NCBI GenBank assembly: GCA_024137785.1
Contig: JAHRHZ010000095.1
Coordinates: forward strand, 3,691,640-3,755,639
DNA: 64,000 nt
Reading direction: 5' to 3'
From: Ginglymostoma cirratum
Taxonomy: Eukaryota
The translations under genes and the position numbers were made by a program. Of the stretch, positions 52,035 to 63,730 are shown piece after piece; the stretch's first letter is position 1; every line of letters begins with the position of its first letter. The notes under the pieces were generated by a model. It was given only the letters and a program-made list of their open reading frames with translations. It was not told the DNA's origin and made no database searches.

Positions 52035-52991
52035 TGTTATGAAGGAGCAGTTGACCCCCACTCCAATAACTAAAACGAAAACGCCCATAGAAGCTCACCT
52101 CACCTCATAATCTATTAAAGGAAGTGTGAAAAGTGGGATAACATGCCTCTCACCTCCCAATCTGTAATGAAGGGGTGGTTGAATGAAAGAAATCCCTGAT
52201 ACTCACTTTATAATCAACAAGTAACAATTTATTTATCTAACTCTAACAGTGAACAAATTAACAGAACTGCTAACAAACTGAACAGTTCTCCATTAACTAC
52301 TAACTATTCCCAAGTAAACAAAATTCCAAGTAAATAAACACAAGCCCCACTTATATAAATTAAAGTAATAAGAAAAATAAATTAAAACTTAGCGTCTCAA
52401 AATTACAGTCAGGATACGTCTTCTACGACGCTTTGTGCTGTCTCTGCTGATCCTCGGTCAGGAACACCTTTCTCCATTGAATTCTCACGTCAGGAATATT
52501 AGCTAAGAGTGCCGCTGAACTTTTAGTTTAGATAATGGTTTTCTGAGAGCTTAGAGAATTCTGTGAGAGCCAGTGATTCTTTCTTTTATAGCTGACAGTT
52601 GTCTCTTGACAGATGACAGTTGACTCTCACATCAATTTTCAAATGCCCTCTTCTTTTATACCCTTGATGACCTATTAATTTCCTACAATGGGATTGCTCT
52701 TAGGTTATCAAAACCATCAGATTTAAATGTAATTGTGTTTTGGTATCTAGGGCCTGGTTTAAATTAATTAGCTAAATTCAGAAATCTGTTGTCTTGGTAA
52801 AAATGCTGCTTTGCCTGCTAACAATATAGCAGCTTGATACAATGTTTCAATTTCAAGAACTGTCTGTGCATCTGCTGCTGCCTGCAGACATTTTTAAATC
52901 TCCTAGCCTAAAAAAACCATCATCTTTTAAAGGGACCACACATGCTTTCCCCATCCCTCTACAAACATCAAATACTCTACCCAACTTAACA
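52035..52991 (-). repeat. 3' LTR (957 bp), TGTTA...TAACA termini
   Basis: 5-bp terminal inverted repeats; polypurine tract AGGGGGTGG immediately inside (52992-53000 on -); first ~160 bp homologous to 55708-55867. Confidence 0.85.
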
Positions 52992-55363
52992 CCACCCCCT
53001 TGAGAAGAAAAGAACCATCATGATGAAAAGTTGGTGTTTTTTTTTCTCAAAACCTTAACACCATTACTACTAGATCCGTAGGTCATTTCATACTAATTCT
53101 ATATGCATATATAACATTGAACACAAAGGTTCATATTTGATATACACATTTTTATTTTTAACCCACAACAACATATCCGCAATAACATTGTCACAATCTG
53201 CAAATGTACAGTCTATAAATTTAATGCTTGTAACATCAGACTCCAATGAAATAGTCTGGTGTTCTTGAATTGAAATCTTCAAAAATGTCAACAGGTTATG
53301 ATCAGCATACACAACCATCTGTGATATATTGTTTGCCACATAAACATTAAAATGTTATAAGGCCAGTACCAAACTCATTCAGTCCTTTTCAACAGCTGAA
53401 TATTTTCTCTGGTGGATATTGAGTTTCTTTGAAAAGTAACTGATTAGTTTTCAATTCCACAATGATTGTCCTGTAACAACATAGCTCCAGCCCCTAGATC
53501 ACTTGCTTCAATGGCGGACTTCAAAGGGTTTCAAGAAATTTGGCAAGGCTAAAACTGGTGCAGCAGTTAACACTGTTTTTAAATTCTCAAATATCTCCTG
53601 GCATGGTTCTGTCCATCAAAATCTTCTATTCTCCTTCAACAAATCCGTCAGTGGTGCCGCCAGGCTACTAAAGTTTGATATATACTTCCAGTAGGTCCAT
53701 TCAGTCCCAAAAATCATAGCACCTCTTTCTTCGAGGATGATGTTGGAAATTCCTCGATGGCTTTTGTCTTCACATTCCTCCGTGTCATCGTTCCATGTCT
53801 GAAGTTTTGCTCTAAGAATGTCTCTTCCCCCTTCTCGAATTCTGTTTTTGCTAAATTTATGACCAGCTTCACCTTCTGTAGTCTCTGGAAAAGGTCTGCT
53901 AAATGCACCATATGATCTTTCCATGAGTGGTTAAAGATCACTAAGTCATCTCTGTAGATGTCACAAGTATTGAATTCTGCCACAACTCTGTTCATAAGTC
54001 TTTATAATGTGGCTGGTGCATTCTTCATTCCAAGGGGCATTACTTTAAATTGATACAGCCCATTTGGGGGTTACAAATGCAGAAAATTCTTTCGCTCACT
54101 CTGACAAAGGTGTTTGCCAGTAACTGCAAAGTAAGTCCGACTTTATGATGTAAGTGGTTTGTTCAACATTTTCCACAGTCCTCCAGCCTTGGAATTGGGT
54201 ATGAGTCTGATTTAGTCACAGTGTTAACCTTTTGATAATCTATGCAGAATCATTGAGCACCATCAGGTTTGGCAACCAAAACAACTGGCGAACTCCACTT
54301 GCTCTGCCTCGACTTGGCGATGTTTTCTTGGAGCATTGCTTCCACTTTCTTCTGTACCTGTGCTGCTTTGAGAGGATTAAGCCTATAGGGGTATTGTTTC
54401 ATTGGAACAGCATTCCGTTGTCAACCTCATGTACTATAGTATGAGTCCTCCCCATTCTTTTTCTACAAATGTCCTGATAGTGCTGCAACAAGTCTTTCAA
54501 TTCAGTTCTCCATTCCTGAGACGGATAGCTTACTACCCTACCTCATTCTTTAAGCACTTCGTCATTATTCAACTTATTCTGAGTCAAATTGAAATCCACA
54601 TCATCTGCATTTGATTCCTCACTCCAAGTGGCAGTGACTAATACCTGTTTCTCCAGTTCCCTTTCCTGTCAGAGTAAGGTTTCAGCATGTTCACATGACA
54701 TACCTGGCAATTTTTTTTAATCTGGCATCTTTACGAGATAATTCATCTGACTTAGCTTCTTATCAATCTGATAGGGACCCCAAAACCTTTGAAGGGATCT
54801 CCTACCACTGGTAACAATACCAATACTTTATCCCCATGAGCAAATGTATGAATTTTTGATTTCTTATCTGCTTCTATCTTCATTTGATACTGTTCCACAT
54901 TCAAGTGCTGTCTAGCTAATTCACTACACTGTTTAATCTTTCTCTCACTTCAGATACATAATCTAACAATGAGATCTCTGACTTCAGGCCTATCAACTTT
55001 TCCTTAATTAATTTTAAACGCCCTCTTACTTTGTGTCTGACTATCAATTTAAATTGGGTAAACTGAGTTGATTCATTTGGAGTATCTCCAATGGCAAACA
55101 ATATAAATGGGATACCATTGTCTCAATCATTTGGGTAATCCTGGCAATAAGCCCTCACCATTGACTTTAGGGTCTGATGCCTTTCCAATGTTCGCTGCGA
55201 TTCAGAATGGTATGCATTCGATTTAGAGTGTTGGATGTCTAAACAATCCATGATCTCCTTACATAATTTGGCCATAAAATTGGACCCTTGGTCTGATCGA
55301 ATCTCACTGGATAATCCATAATGGGTAAAGAAAGCAAGCAACTCCTCCACAATACCTGGGAAG

Positions 55364-55553
55364 CAAGCATGGGGCTGGATGAACACAGCAGGTCAAGCAG
55401 CATCATAGGAGCAGGAAAACTTGACGTTTCGGGCCTAAACCCTTCATCAGAAATCAGATTTCTGATGAAGGGTTTAGGCCCGAAACGTCAAGTTTTCCTG
55501 CTCCTATGATGCTGCTTGACCTGCTGTGTTCATCCAGCTCTACACCTTGTTAC
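55364..55553. mobile_element. PLE-derived fold-back palindrome with two opposed hammerheads
   Basis: Perfect 82-bp arms 55374-55455 / 55457-55538 around a single A at 55456. Confidence 0.92.
55458..55493 (+). ncRNA. Minimal hammerhead ribozyme motif (mirror copy on - at 55419-55454)
   Basis: attt-CTGATGA-A-GGGT-ttag-GCCC-GAAA-CG-TC-aagt: intact core, stem I attt/aagt, stem II, palindromic ACGT. Confidence 0.78.
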
Positions 55554-55684
55554 CAAAGTTAAACAGATTTTTTTCACTTCTTACCTAAATTTTATTTTAA
55601 CGATCTCAGACTCTAATCCACAGGTCTGGTTAAATCTGCCCAAGTTATTCAGGTCCATTCAGATCCCATACACGAACTGGCCAT

Positions 55685-55705
55685 ATCCCGTACTTGAGCC
55701 CTTAA
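55685..55705 (-). promoter_or_regulatory. Degenerate tRNA-Pro primer binding site
   Basis: Just inside the LTR end on -: TTAAGGGCTCAAGTACGGGAT vs canonical tRNA-Pro PBS TGGGGGCTCGTCCGGGAT. Confidence 0.55.
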
Positions 55706-55707
55706 TC

Positions 55708-55867
55708 TGTTACGAAGGAGAGGTCGACCTCCCCTCTGATAACTAAAACTGAAGCACCCACAGAAGCTCAATTCACCTCGTAATCTGTTGAAGGAAGAGT
55801 GAAAAGTGGTATAACCTGCCTCTCATCTCCCAATCTACGATAAAGGAGTGGTTGAATGAAAGAAATT
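55708..55867 (-). repeat. Truncated 5' LTR
   Basis: Direct repeat of 52035-52195, differing at roughly one base in six by eye. Confidence 0.85.
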
Positions 55868-57499
55868 CATCAACGTGGTTGTGCTTCCAGAAACCGCATG
55901 GATATAATTAAATATTTTTGCATTTGTTTCAGAAAGACCCACAGAGTATGTAATGTCACCAGATAGCCCAGGCCCTGAACAGCTGCAGCCTAAACCAGAA
56001 TGGGCAACCTTTCAGCAGTCAGGTCCGATGGGACTTTCAGGACAAGTCAAGCACAAAGCATCGATTTAAGAAAAATGCAGGCAAGGACATGCCCGGACTT
56101 GCCCTGGAAAACAAGACTGGTTGGTGTTATTGGAGTATGGTGAGCAGACTTACTGGTGCCCGTGTTCCTGTCATGACCATGTGTGGCGAGGGGAACATGC
56201 CCTTGATACATCAGAGGATGAATGTTAAGGGTAGCCCGAGCATCTTCCATATTTGATATCAGGGATCTCATTGGCTGCCGTGTCCTTGACCTGGAAGATT
56301 GATGGGCTGAGGGCCAGAGAACATTCTGAAAGGATGGAGCAAGGAAGAATAAGAAGGGATCCTTGGTGGCCATTCCCACAGCAAAGACTCGACCTGGCTC
56401 TGTAGCAGATCTCAGACCACCTGGTATGAGACAGAGATAATCACATGCAAGTCCAACCTTCACCAAGTTCATGAGAACTGAATACATGGCCTGGCCATGT
56501 TCAACTGCACGAGTAGTACCTGGTGTTAATCAGGTAGCCAGTAGTCATTTAGATATATTGTGACCAAAATTTAATGTTACAATTGGTCGAGTAATTAATG
56601 TAAAAACCTGGAGTTTATCATGAAAGAGCAGAATTTATATAATATTTGGCCCCTTTTGTGTGTTAGTATATTTTGTGAATAAAATTGCTTTAAATTGCTA
56701 GTCAACACTGACCCTTTTGTTCATCTCACTAGGACATAAGTAAAACCAATTTACGTAGAAATTGATCAAAGTGTCCAAAGCATGGACCACAGAGGAGCAA
56801 CACTATCAGTACATATTGAAGGAAGCACAGTCTTAATGCTTGTGCCTCTTGCTTTTTCTAGACCAATACAGAGGATATGAATTGTATCAATGCTAGGTAT
56901 CTTAAACAGGTAATTGATACTCTGTTCAGGAGAACCAACCTCTCAATCTTACCAACAACCAAAACAGAGTTGCAGTATTTCACCAAACTGATGACTTTTT
57001 ATCATGATTGATGGTATCCACATTGCTTTCCAATGCCCCAGCCATAATGCAATTTTCTACATGAACAGAACAGAATAGATTATTCTATATGTACAACTGA
57101 CCTGTAACCACATTACATAAAAACTACATCAGAGAATCCAGCCATTTGGTCCAAACAGTTTGTGGAAGTGTTTATATTCCAGACAAGCCCAATGTTAGTC
57201 TAAAGACACCTCTCTGTCTGCCCTCAGGCCCTTTTATTGCCTTCTCCCTCTTGTTTGCATCAAGTTTCCTATTAATCAATTAATTAATCAATGTGTCCAT
57301 TTTATTCCTTTCATGTCAATGTCAGTTCAAGATTATCATCAATCTCTTGTGCAAAGAAATCCCTCTGAAATTCTTTATTTCATTGGTAGTAGTCATCTTT
57401 TACATTTACCCCTTGTTCAGTACTCAGTTTCTATAAGTGGATACAATAGAACGCAGTCAGAATTATAAATACCTCTATTAGGTGCTTTCTTCGTCAGTT

Positions 57500-59005
57500 A
57501 TAAAGTCATTGAGGCATTGAGCCACATAGCATGGAAACAAACTCTTTGGTCTAACTCATCCCTGCTGACCAGACATCCCAATCTGATCTAGTTCCATTTA
57601 TCAGCATTTGGTCCATTTCCCTCTAAACCCTTCCGAAACATATACCCATCCAGATGCCTTTTGAATACTGTAATTGTACTCGCCTCTACCAGTTTCTCTG
57701 GCAGCTCGTTCCATACATGCACCAACCTCTGAATTAAAGAGTTACCCCTCAGGTCCTTTTTAAATCTTCCCCCTCTCATCTTAAACCCATGACCTTTAGT
57801 TTTAGACTCACCCATCCTCAGAAAAAGGCTTGGCCATTCACCATGCCACTCATGAATTTATAAACCTCTATAAAGTCTCCCCTCAACATCTGACACTCCA
57901 GGGTAAACAGCCCCAGCCTATTCAGCCTCTCCCTTTAACTCAAACCTTCCAGTCCTGGCATTATCCTTGTAAGTCTTTTCTGCACTTTCTCAAGTTTAGC
58001 AACACCTTTCCTCTAGAAGGGCAACCAGAATTGTATGCAGTATTCTAAAAGTGGGCTCACCAATGTCCACAGTATGACATTCCAACTCCTATCCTTAATG
58101 TTCTGGCCAATGAAGGCAAGTGTGCCAAACACCTTCTACACCACCCTGCCTACCTACGACTGTACTGTCAAGGAACTATGCACCTGCACCCAAGGTCCCT
58201 TTGTTCAGTAACACTCCTCAGGGCCCTACCATTAACTCTATAAATCCTGTCCTGGTTTGCCTGATAAAAATGCAACACCTCACGTTTATCTAAACTAAAC
58301 TCTATCTGCCACTCCTTGGCCTACTGGCCCATCTGATCAAGGTCTCATTGTACTCTGAGATAATCTTCTTCACTGTCCACTATACCACCCATTTTGGTGT
58401 CATCTGCAAACTTACTAGCCAAATCTACTATATTTACATCCAAATCATTTATATAAATGGCAAAAAGCAGTAGACCCAGCACTGATCCTTGCGACACACC
58501 ACTGGTCACAGGCCTCCAGTCTGAAAAGCAATCCTCTACCACCACCCTCTGTCTTCTGCTATCAAGCCAATTTTGTAACCAATTGGCTAATTCTAACACC
58601 CCCTCCCCCTCCTACCCTCCACTCCCCGACTCCGGATCCCATGTGATATAACTTTACTAACCAGTCTACCGTGCGGACCCTTGTCAAACACTTTGCTGAA
58701 GTCCAGATAGACAACGTCTCCTGCTCTGCCTTCATCAATCTTCTCTGTCACTTCTTCAAAATCGCAATTAAGGTATTGAGGTACGATTTCCCACTCACAA
58801 AGTCATGTTGACACTCTCTAAATAGTCTTTGCCTTTCCAAATACATGTAAATCCTGTCCCCTAAAGTGTCCTCCAACAACTTACCCACCACTGACATTAG
58901 GCTCACCAGTCTATTGTTCCCTGGCTTTTGCTTACAGCCTTTCTTAAATAATGACACCATAGTAGCCAACCTCCCCTTTTCCGGCACCTCAGCCGCGGCT
59001 ATCGA
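57500..59005 (-). mobile_element. CR1 (HER1-like) LINE 3' 1.5 kb
   Basis: SLFKKGCKQKPGNNRLVSLMSVVGKLLE...RQRVVVEDCFSDWRPVTSGVSQGSVLGLLLFAIYINDLD...KFADDTK...VWNELP. Confidence 0.95.
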
Positions 59006-60839
59006 TGAATTATATCATTTCAACTCTGGTAACATCCATATAAATCTTTCTGCACTCTCTCTAGTGCTTAATTTCTTTGCAGTGTGGAGATGTACGAGTA
59101 CACAATGTGGTGTAAATAGCACAATGTAAAAATAATATTACTTCCTTTATCTAGCATTTTTTTCCTCCACAAATAAACTACAGACCTTTGTGGCCTTATC
59201 AACATATGCTGCTATTTTTAATGATTTATTCAGCTGTAATCTCTGATCTCTTATCATTTATTCCCACTGTTTCCTACCTTTGAAGAACTAGGTGACCTCT
59301 ACATATCTGCTACCGACATGAACACCTCACATTTCAATTATTTTTCCAACCCCTCTGCAGGTCTGTTTTTTTACTCCCCGCACTTTTAGTTTGTTCTACA
59401 AAATCATTAGTTAAATATCCCCTTTGCTGGCGTTGTTGCCTACCTTTGCCTATAAGAGATTTTTCGTTTAAAACTCAACGGTGCTATACAAATACAAGGG
59501 AGCAACCCTGTATATCAGTTAATCTAACTGGGAATTTGTAGGCAGTGCATGCTGAAACCAGTTGCTCTGTTGTAAAGTTTGTTTTTGAACTTGCATTGTA
59601 CTGTTTAAATAAGCAGGGACAGAGTTAATTGATCTCCGATGAGTGACTGAATATTAGACCACTACCATTAACATGAAAGTCTTATTTGCATATTTAGAGT
59701 CCAAATTATTTATGCATAAGGTGAACAATAGTAGTTCTAGTGTGGAAACTTGTGGGTCACAATTTCCTACTTTGTGTCAGTCTAAAAAATATTCCTTCAC
59801 CACTATTCTCTGATTTCTGTTTCATAGCAACCTTTCAACGCATTCTGCTACCTGACCTCCGAATGCAGACATTTGTACTGACTTTCTGATGTGGCACATG
59901 TGACGCAACTGTAAGAAAAATTTGCAATTACTTTAAAATAGTTGGAGAATCTGTGATTGTTTTTAAATGTTTGAGTGGGTCTTTTAAAAGTTTAACCAAT
60001 TATGAAAGAATTATCTCATAATATTCTTGAATAATGAAGGTATTTGTCCAAGTGATCTAGTAATACTTGACCTCAAAGCAAGACCAACAAGAAGGAAGTT
60101 ACAAGATGAAAGCCATGTGGCTAGACACAAGGCAAGGTGAAAGAAAGCAGAATATGAGACAGAAGCTGATCGGTATGTACATGCAGACATAAAGAAAAGG
60201 CAGACAAAGAAAGAAAAAGGAACACAAAATTTGACAGTGGAGAAGCCAGTAAATATCTCTACAAAAGATCAGTGTTCTGTTTGACAGTAAGAATTCTAGA
60301 AGCTCTTGGGGAAGTGATATATGTGTGAATTAAAAGGGAACAAAATCCTAAAAGTACTGAGAATAACTCCGGGAGATAACATATTAGAGAACAAAATCAC
60401 AAATTTCCTAGTTCACCAGTTGAAAAGGAACTCTGAAAATCCGTGTCAGAACTGGTACGTCCCAAGTGTAAAAGAGTTCATTTGTACATGCCTCATTGGT
60501 GTTCAGGGACTTTGAATGGAAGGTTACTACCATCGAATGTGTCTCAAGGGCTGTATTGGTATATAGGATCTCCTGTCTTCCTACAACATCACAGACCAAA
60601 TCAGAGAATTTTGAAACAAAATGCATGTGATGCCATATGTGCACAGCAAATGATGCTCTGCTGATAGTTGTACAAGACATATATTTATTTCTTTGACTAC
60701 TTAAAGTGAAATTTACTTACTTTTATTTGAAATGTCATTGGTTCATTAGTTTATGTTTAATTTATGTTGGTTATAATTGTGTTAAGATAGAAGTTACTAA
60801 AAGTGAAATCTTGCCAGAGATTTGTTTATTTAGGCAAGT

Positions 60840-62680
60840 GGAAACATAGGAACAGGAGTATGCCATTGAGTTGTTTCAGCCTGCTCCACCTTTCAATTAG
60901 ATCTTGGCTGAAAATCTAACTCAACGCCACTTTCATACTCTATTACAATATCCCTTGTCATCATCAATCCACAGAAATCTATCGACTTTTGTCATGAACA
61001 TTGAGAATAGAGATGATTAATATATGCATTATCATTTGGGATTTGGACCTTAAAATTGAGGCAGGTCTTTTGGTTTTAGTTCTGTAAAGGTAATTTTTTT
61101 GTTTAAGTGACTAGAAGGTTATTTTGAATAACGAATTAAAATCATTGCTTCCAAGGTGAAACGCAACTTTAGCTATTCCTAGGTAGGCACCTATGTGATG
61201 TTAATGGATAAAATGCCAATACTGCTGAGTTTATGACAGATAGGGAAAACAAATCAAAGCCAGTAGTTTAGTTTTGGCTTTAGTACAGAAGGTTCAAGAT
61301 TTCAGTTCTGGGAAATCAGTCACCCAAGTAAATCCGTGAAATATACATGTTATGGAAGTATGAAGAAGTTTTCAAGATATATGAACTCAAAAGAGATTTA
61401 GGCCAACAGAATTTAAAACAAAAACGTTTCTGCCAGAAAACCCAGAACTATCTCAGCAGTCCAACAAAATGAAATGAACTGGCAAGAGTCAGTTAAGAAA
61501 GAAAGAATTGAAATAGGTGTGATATTTTTCTTGAATCAAAAATCTGTAAAAGGATAGTTTTGGGAAGCAGGTTGAAATTTTGTTTTCCTATTTAAATTTC
61601 TTATTTTTCTCTTCCTTTGTGACAAACTTGTTACTTTTGTAATCTTGTGTGAATATGTTCAATGACTAACTTCTATAGTAATCAACTATAAAAAGGAAAC
61701 ATGTGATCTATATATATAGGTTTCCTTCCAGTATTAGACGCGTTCAGGACTGCCGTCAGCTAGGATCGTAAAAATATGTTCCATAATTAACCTTTCACAA
61801 CCTTCTGGGGTAGAGAATTCCAAAGATTCACCAGGCACTGAGTGAATAAATGCTTCCTAACTTTATTCTTAAATAGCCAACATCTTAATCTGTGATTATT
61901 TCCCCTGGTTTGAGACACACCAACCAGAGGAAAAATTCCATCAACAGTCACTCTATCATCCCTTGAAAAAATTTTGTATGCTTCCGTGAAGTCATCCCTC
62001 ATTCTTTGAAACTCTAAGTAATACAGAAGTAGTTTCTTCAAGCTCTCCTGATAAGACAATCGTGCCAACTTCATAATTAACCTAGTGAGCCTCCTTCAAT
62101 AATGCAGAAAATCATAACACTCCAGGTAAGGTTTCACCAAGGTTCTATATTATTAGGGCCATTCTATCTAGGTTAGGACAATTATATTTCCGTACTCAAA
62201 TCCCATTGCACTCAAGGTCAAAACATCGTTTGCCTTCCTAATCACTTGCTGCACTTGCATGCTAACTCTTAGTAACATATGAACATGAACAGGGAGGTCT
62301 TTTTGCAGATGCACACTTCCTAATGCTTCATCATTTAAGAAATATTGTCTCTTTTCTACCTATATAAATAATCTTGCATTGATTTACATCATATTGTATC
62401 TGCCATATTCTAGCCCATTCATTTAGTTTGTTCATGTTATCTAAAAGGTTCCTTGCATCCATCTTACAATTTATGTTCTCATCCAATTTTGAGTCATCAG
62501 GAAACTTGAAAATGTCACAACTGGAGTCCAGATTCAGGTCATTTATACAGATAGTAAAATTTGACAGCTGTAAACAAGACACTGACCGTTTCAACCAGTC
62601 TGTAACAGGTTGAAATGCTGAGAATTTTACATTTGTCAGTGATCTCTGTTTCTGTCTGTGAACTAATTCTCAATCCATGT
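60840..62680 (-). mobile_element. CR1 LINE split by a ~780-bp insertion
   Basis: FTICINDLNL...FKFPDDSKL; LSYQESLKKL...LWNSLPQKVV (61787-62074); 3' UTR resumes at 60840-61010. Confidence 0.85.
61012..61785 (+). mobile_element. Non-coding insertion in CR1, probably a solo LTR
   Basis: Interrupts a collinear CR1; no ORF; ends ...cagctaggatcgtaaaa, resembling an eroded LTR ...CGTAACA end. Confidence 0.4.
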
Positions 62681-62703
62681 TTTCTCAACAGGATTATAAT
62701 ATA

Positions 62704-62887
62704 AAAATAAAAATAACTGCAGATGCTGTAAATCAGGAACAAAAACAGAAGTTGCTGAAAAGGCTCAACAGGTCTGGCAGCACCGGTGAAGAAAATATCA
62801 GAGTTAATGTTTCGGGTCCAGTGACCCTTCCTCAGAACACTCCAGGTAAGGTTCTGAGGAAGGGTCACCAGACCCGAAATGTTAATT
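62704..62887. mobile_element. PLE family 2 insertion with inverted hammerhead arms and TSD
   Basis: Arms 62804-62838 / 62851-62885; TSD aggattataatata (62690-62703) / aggcttataacata (62888-62901). Confidence 0.88.
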
Positions 62888-63439
62888 AGGCTTATAACAT
62901 ACTTTACTAATAAGCACTTGAATAGTGAATCCGCCCTTGCCTCTGTTTCATGTACCCATTATAATAAAGAATAAATAATCCCAGCTAATATATGGTAGTA
63001 CAAGTGGTGTCTGACTGCAGAATGAGTAAGCTTGTCCTAGTGAACACATCTGCAGGAGCTGTCTCCATCTCACATTTCTGTCTCAGAGCCATTGAACTGA
63101 AACATGAGTTGGCAAGACTCCATTACAAATGGGAGAAGTGCCACTTGGATAATTTGGTCATATCTCAGCAAGATGCAGGATCAAAATGGGATTAGTGTAT
63201 CTGATATTTACAGCGTAAGGGGATCCTAAGATAGGTGAGATAGAGACCAATAATGCACAGAAAATAATCCTATCCAAATGGTACAATATAAGTATAACGT
63301 GAGGATAAAAGCTGATTTTTTTTTGGCTGTGTGAGCGATTCTCACTCCAAGGTCAAGTTATTTGACCATACCTTACAAAATGTGCACCCAGAGAAGTACT
63401 GGCATTCCAAAGCTGCCTTTTTCGGTCAAGTATGGAATT

Positions 63440-63730
63440 GGAAGATGTCGGAGAAGGAGAAACTAGAATGATTCTCCAACAGGGATCTGGAGGTCCTAGT
63501 CAAGAGGAGGGCTGTCCTCTTCCCCTATGACCAGCAGAGGGGGTCTGGAGGCAGCTTGTTTTGAGGTCACCATCTGGGTCATTGCAGTCACCTGGTTTGA
63601 AGTAATGGTCAGCAGTGTTTGTAAAAAGGTCAATGTCCTTCTCTGATTCACCAGGTTAAGTGTCACACTTATCACTGCTACATCACATCTATTCTCTGTG
63701 ATACAGAACCTACCTCTCTGCAAGACTCAT
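63440..63730 (-). mobile_element. Probable Harbinger Myb-gene C-terminal region fragment
   Basis: Composition and weak similarity to the 16.3-16.9 kb and 18.4-18.9 kb segments. Confidence 0.3.

Larger units (their letters stand above)
52035..55867 (-). mobile_element. Gmr1-type Gypsy LTR retrotransposon, internally deleted (5'LTR part-PBS-[gag/PR missing]-INT-RT-RNaseH-PPT-3'LTR)
   Basis: Integrase (IRSDQGSNF...AYHSESQRTLER, GPY) at ~55355-54670 precedes RT (FCIDYQKVN, MPLGMKNAPAT, IYRDDL) at ~54470-53640 and RNase H (SYFSKKL, EKD, YADH, NVIADML) at ~53600-53165. Confidence 0.9.

Noticed and set aside
55364-55553. MITE or pre-miRNA interpretation of the palindrome
   Set aside because: The arms are the terminus of the GIY-YIG-coding PLE seen at 38.0 and 45.5 kb; there is no DNA-transposon TSD and the stem is too long and perfect for a typical pre-miRNA.
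55870-56780. LTR-like non-coding segment truncating the Gypsy 5' LTR (similar impression for ~59900-60830)
   Set aside because: AATAAA and general layout are suggestive, but I could not define TG...CA ends, a TSD or a second copy.
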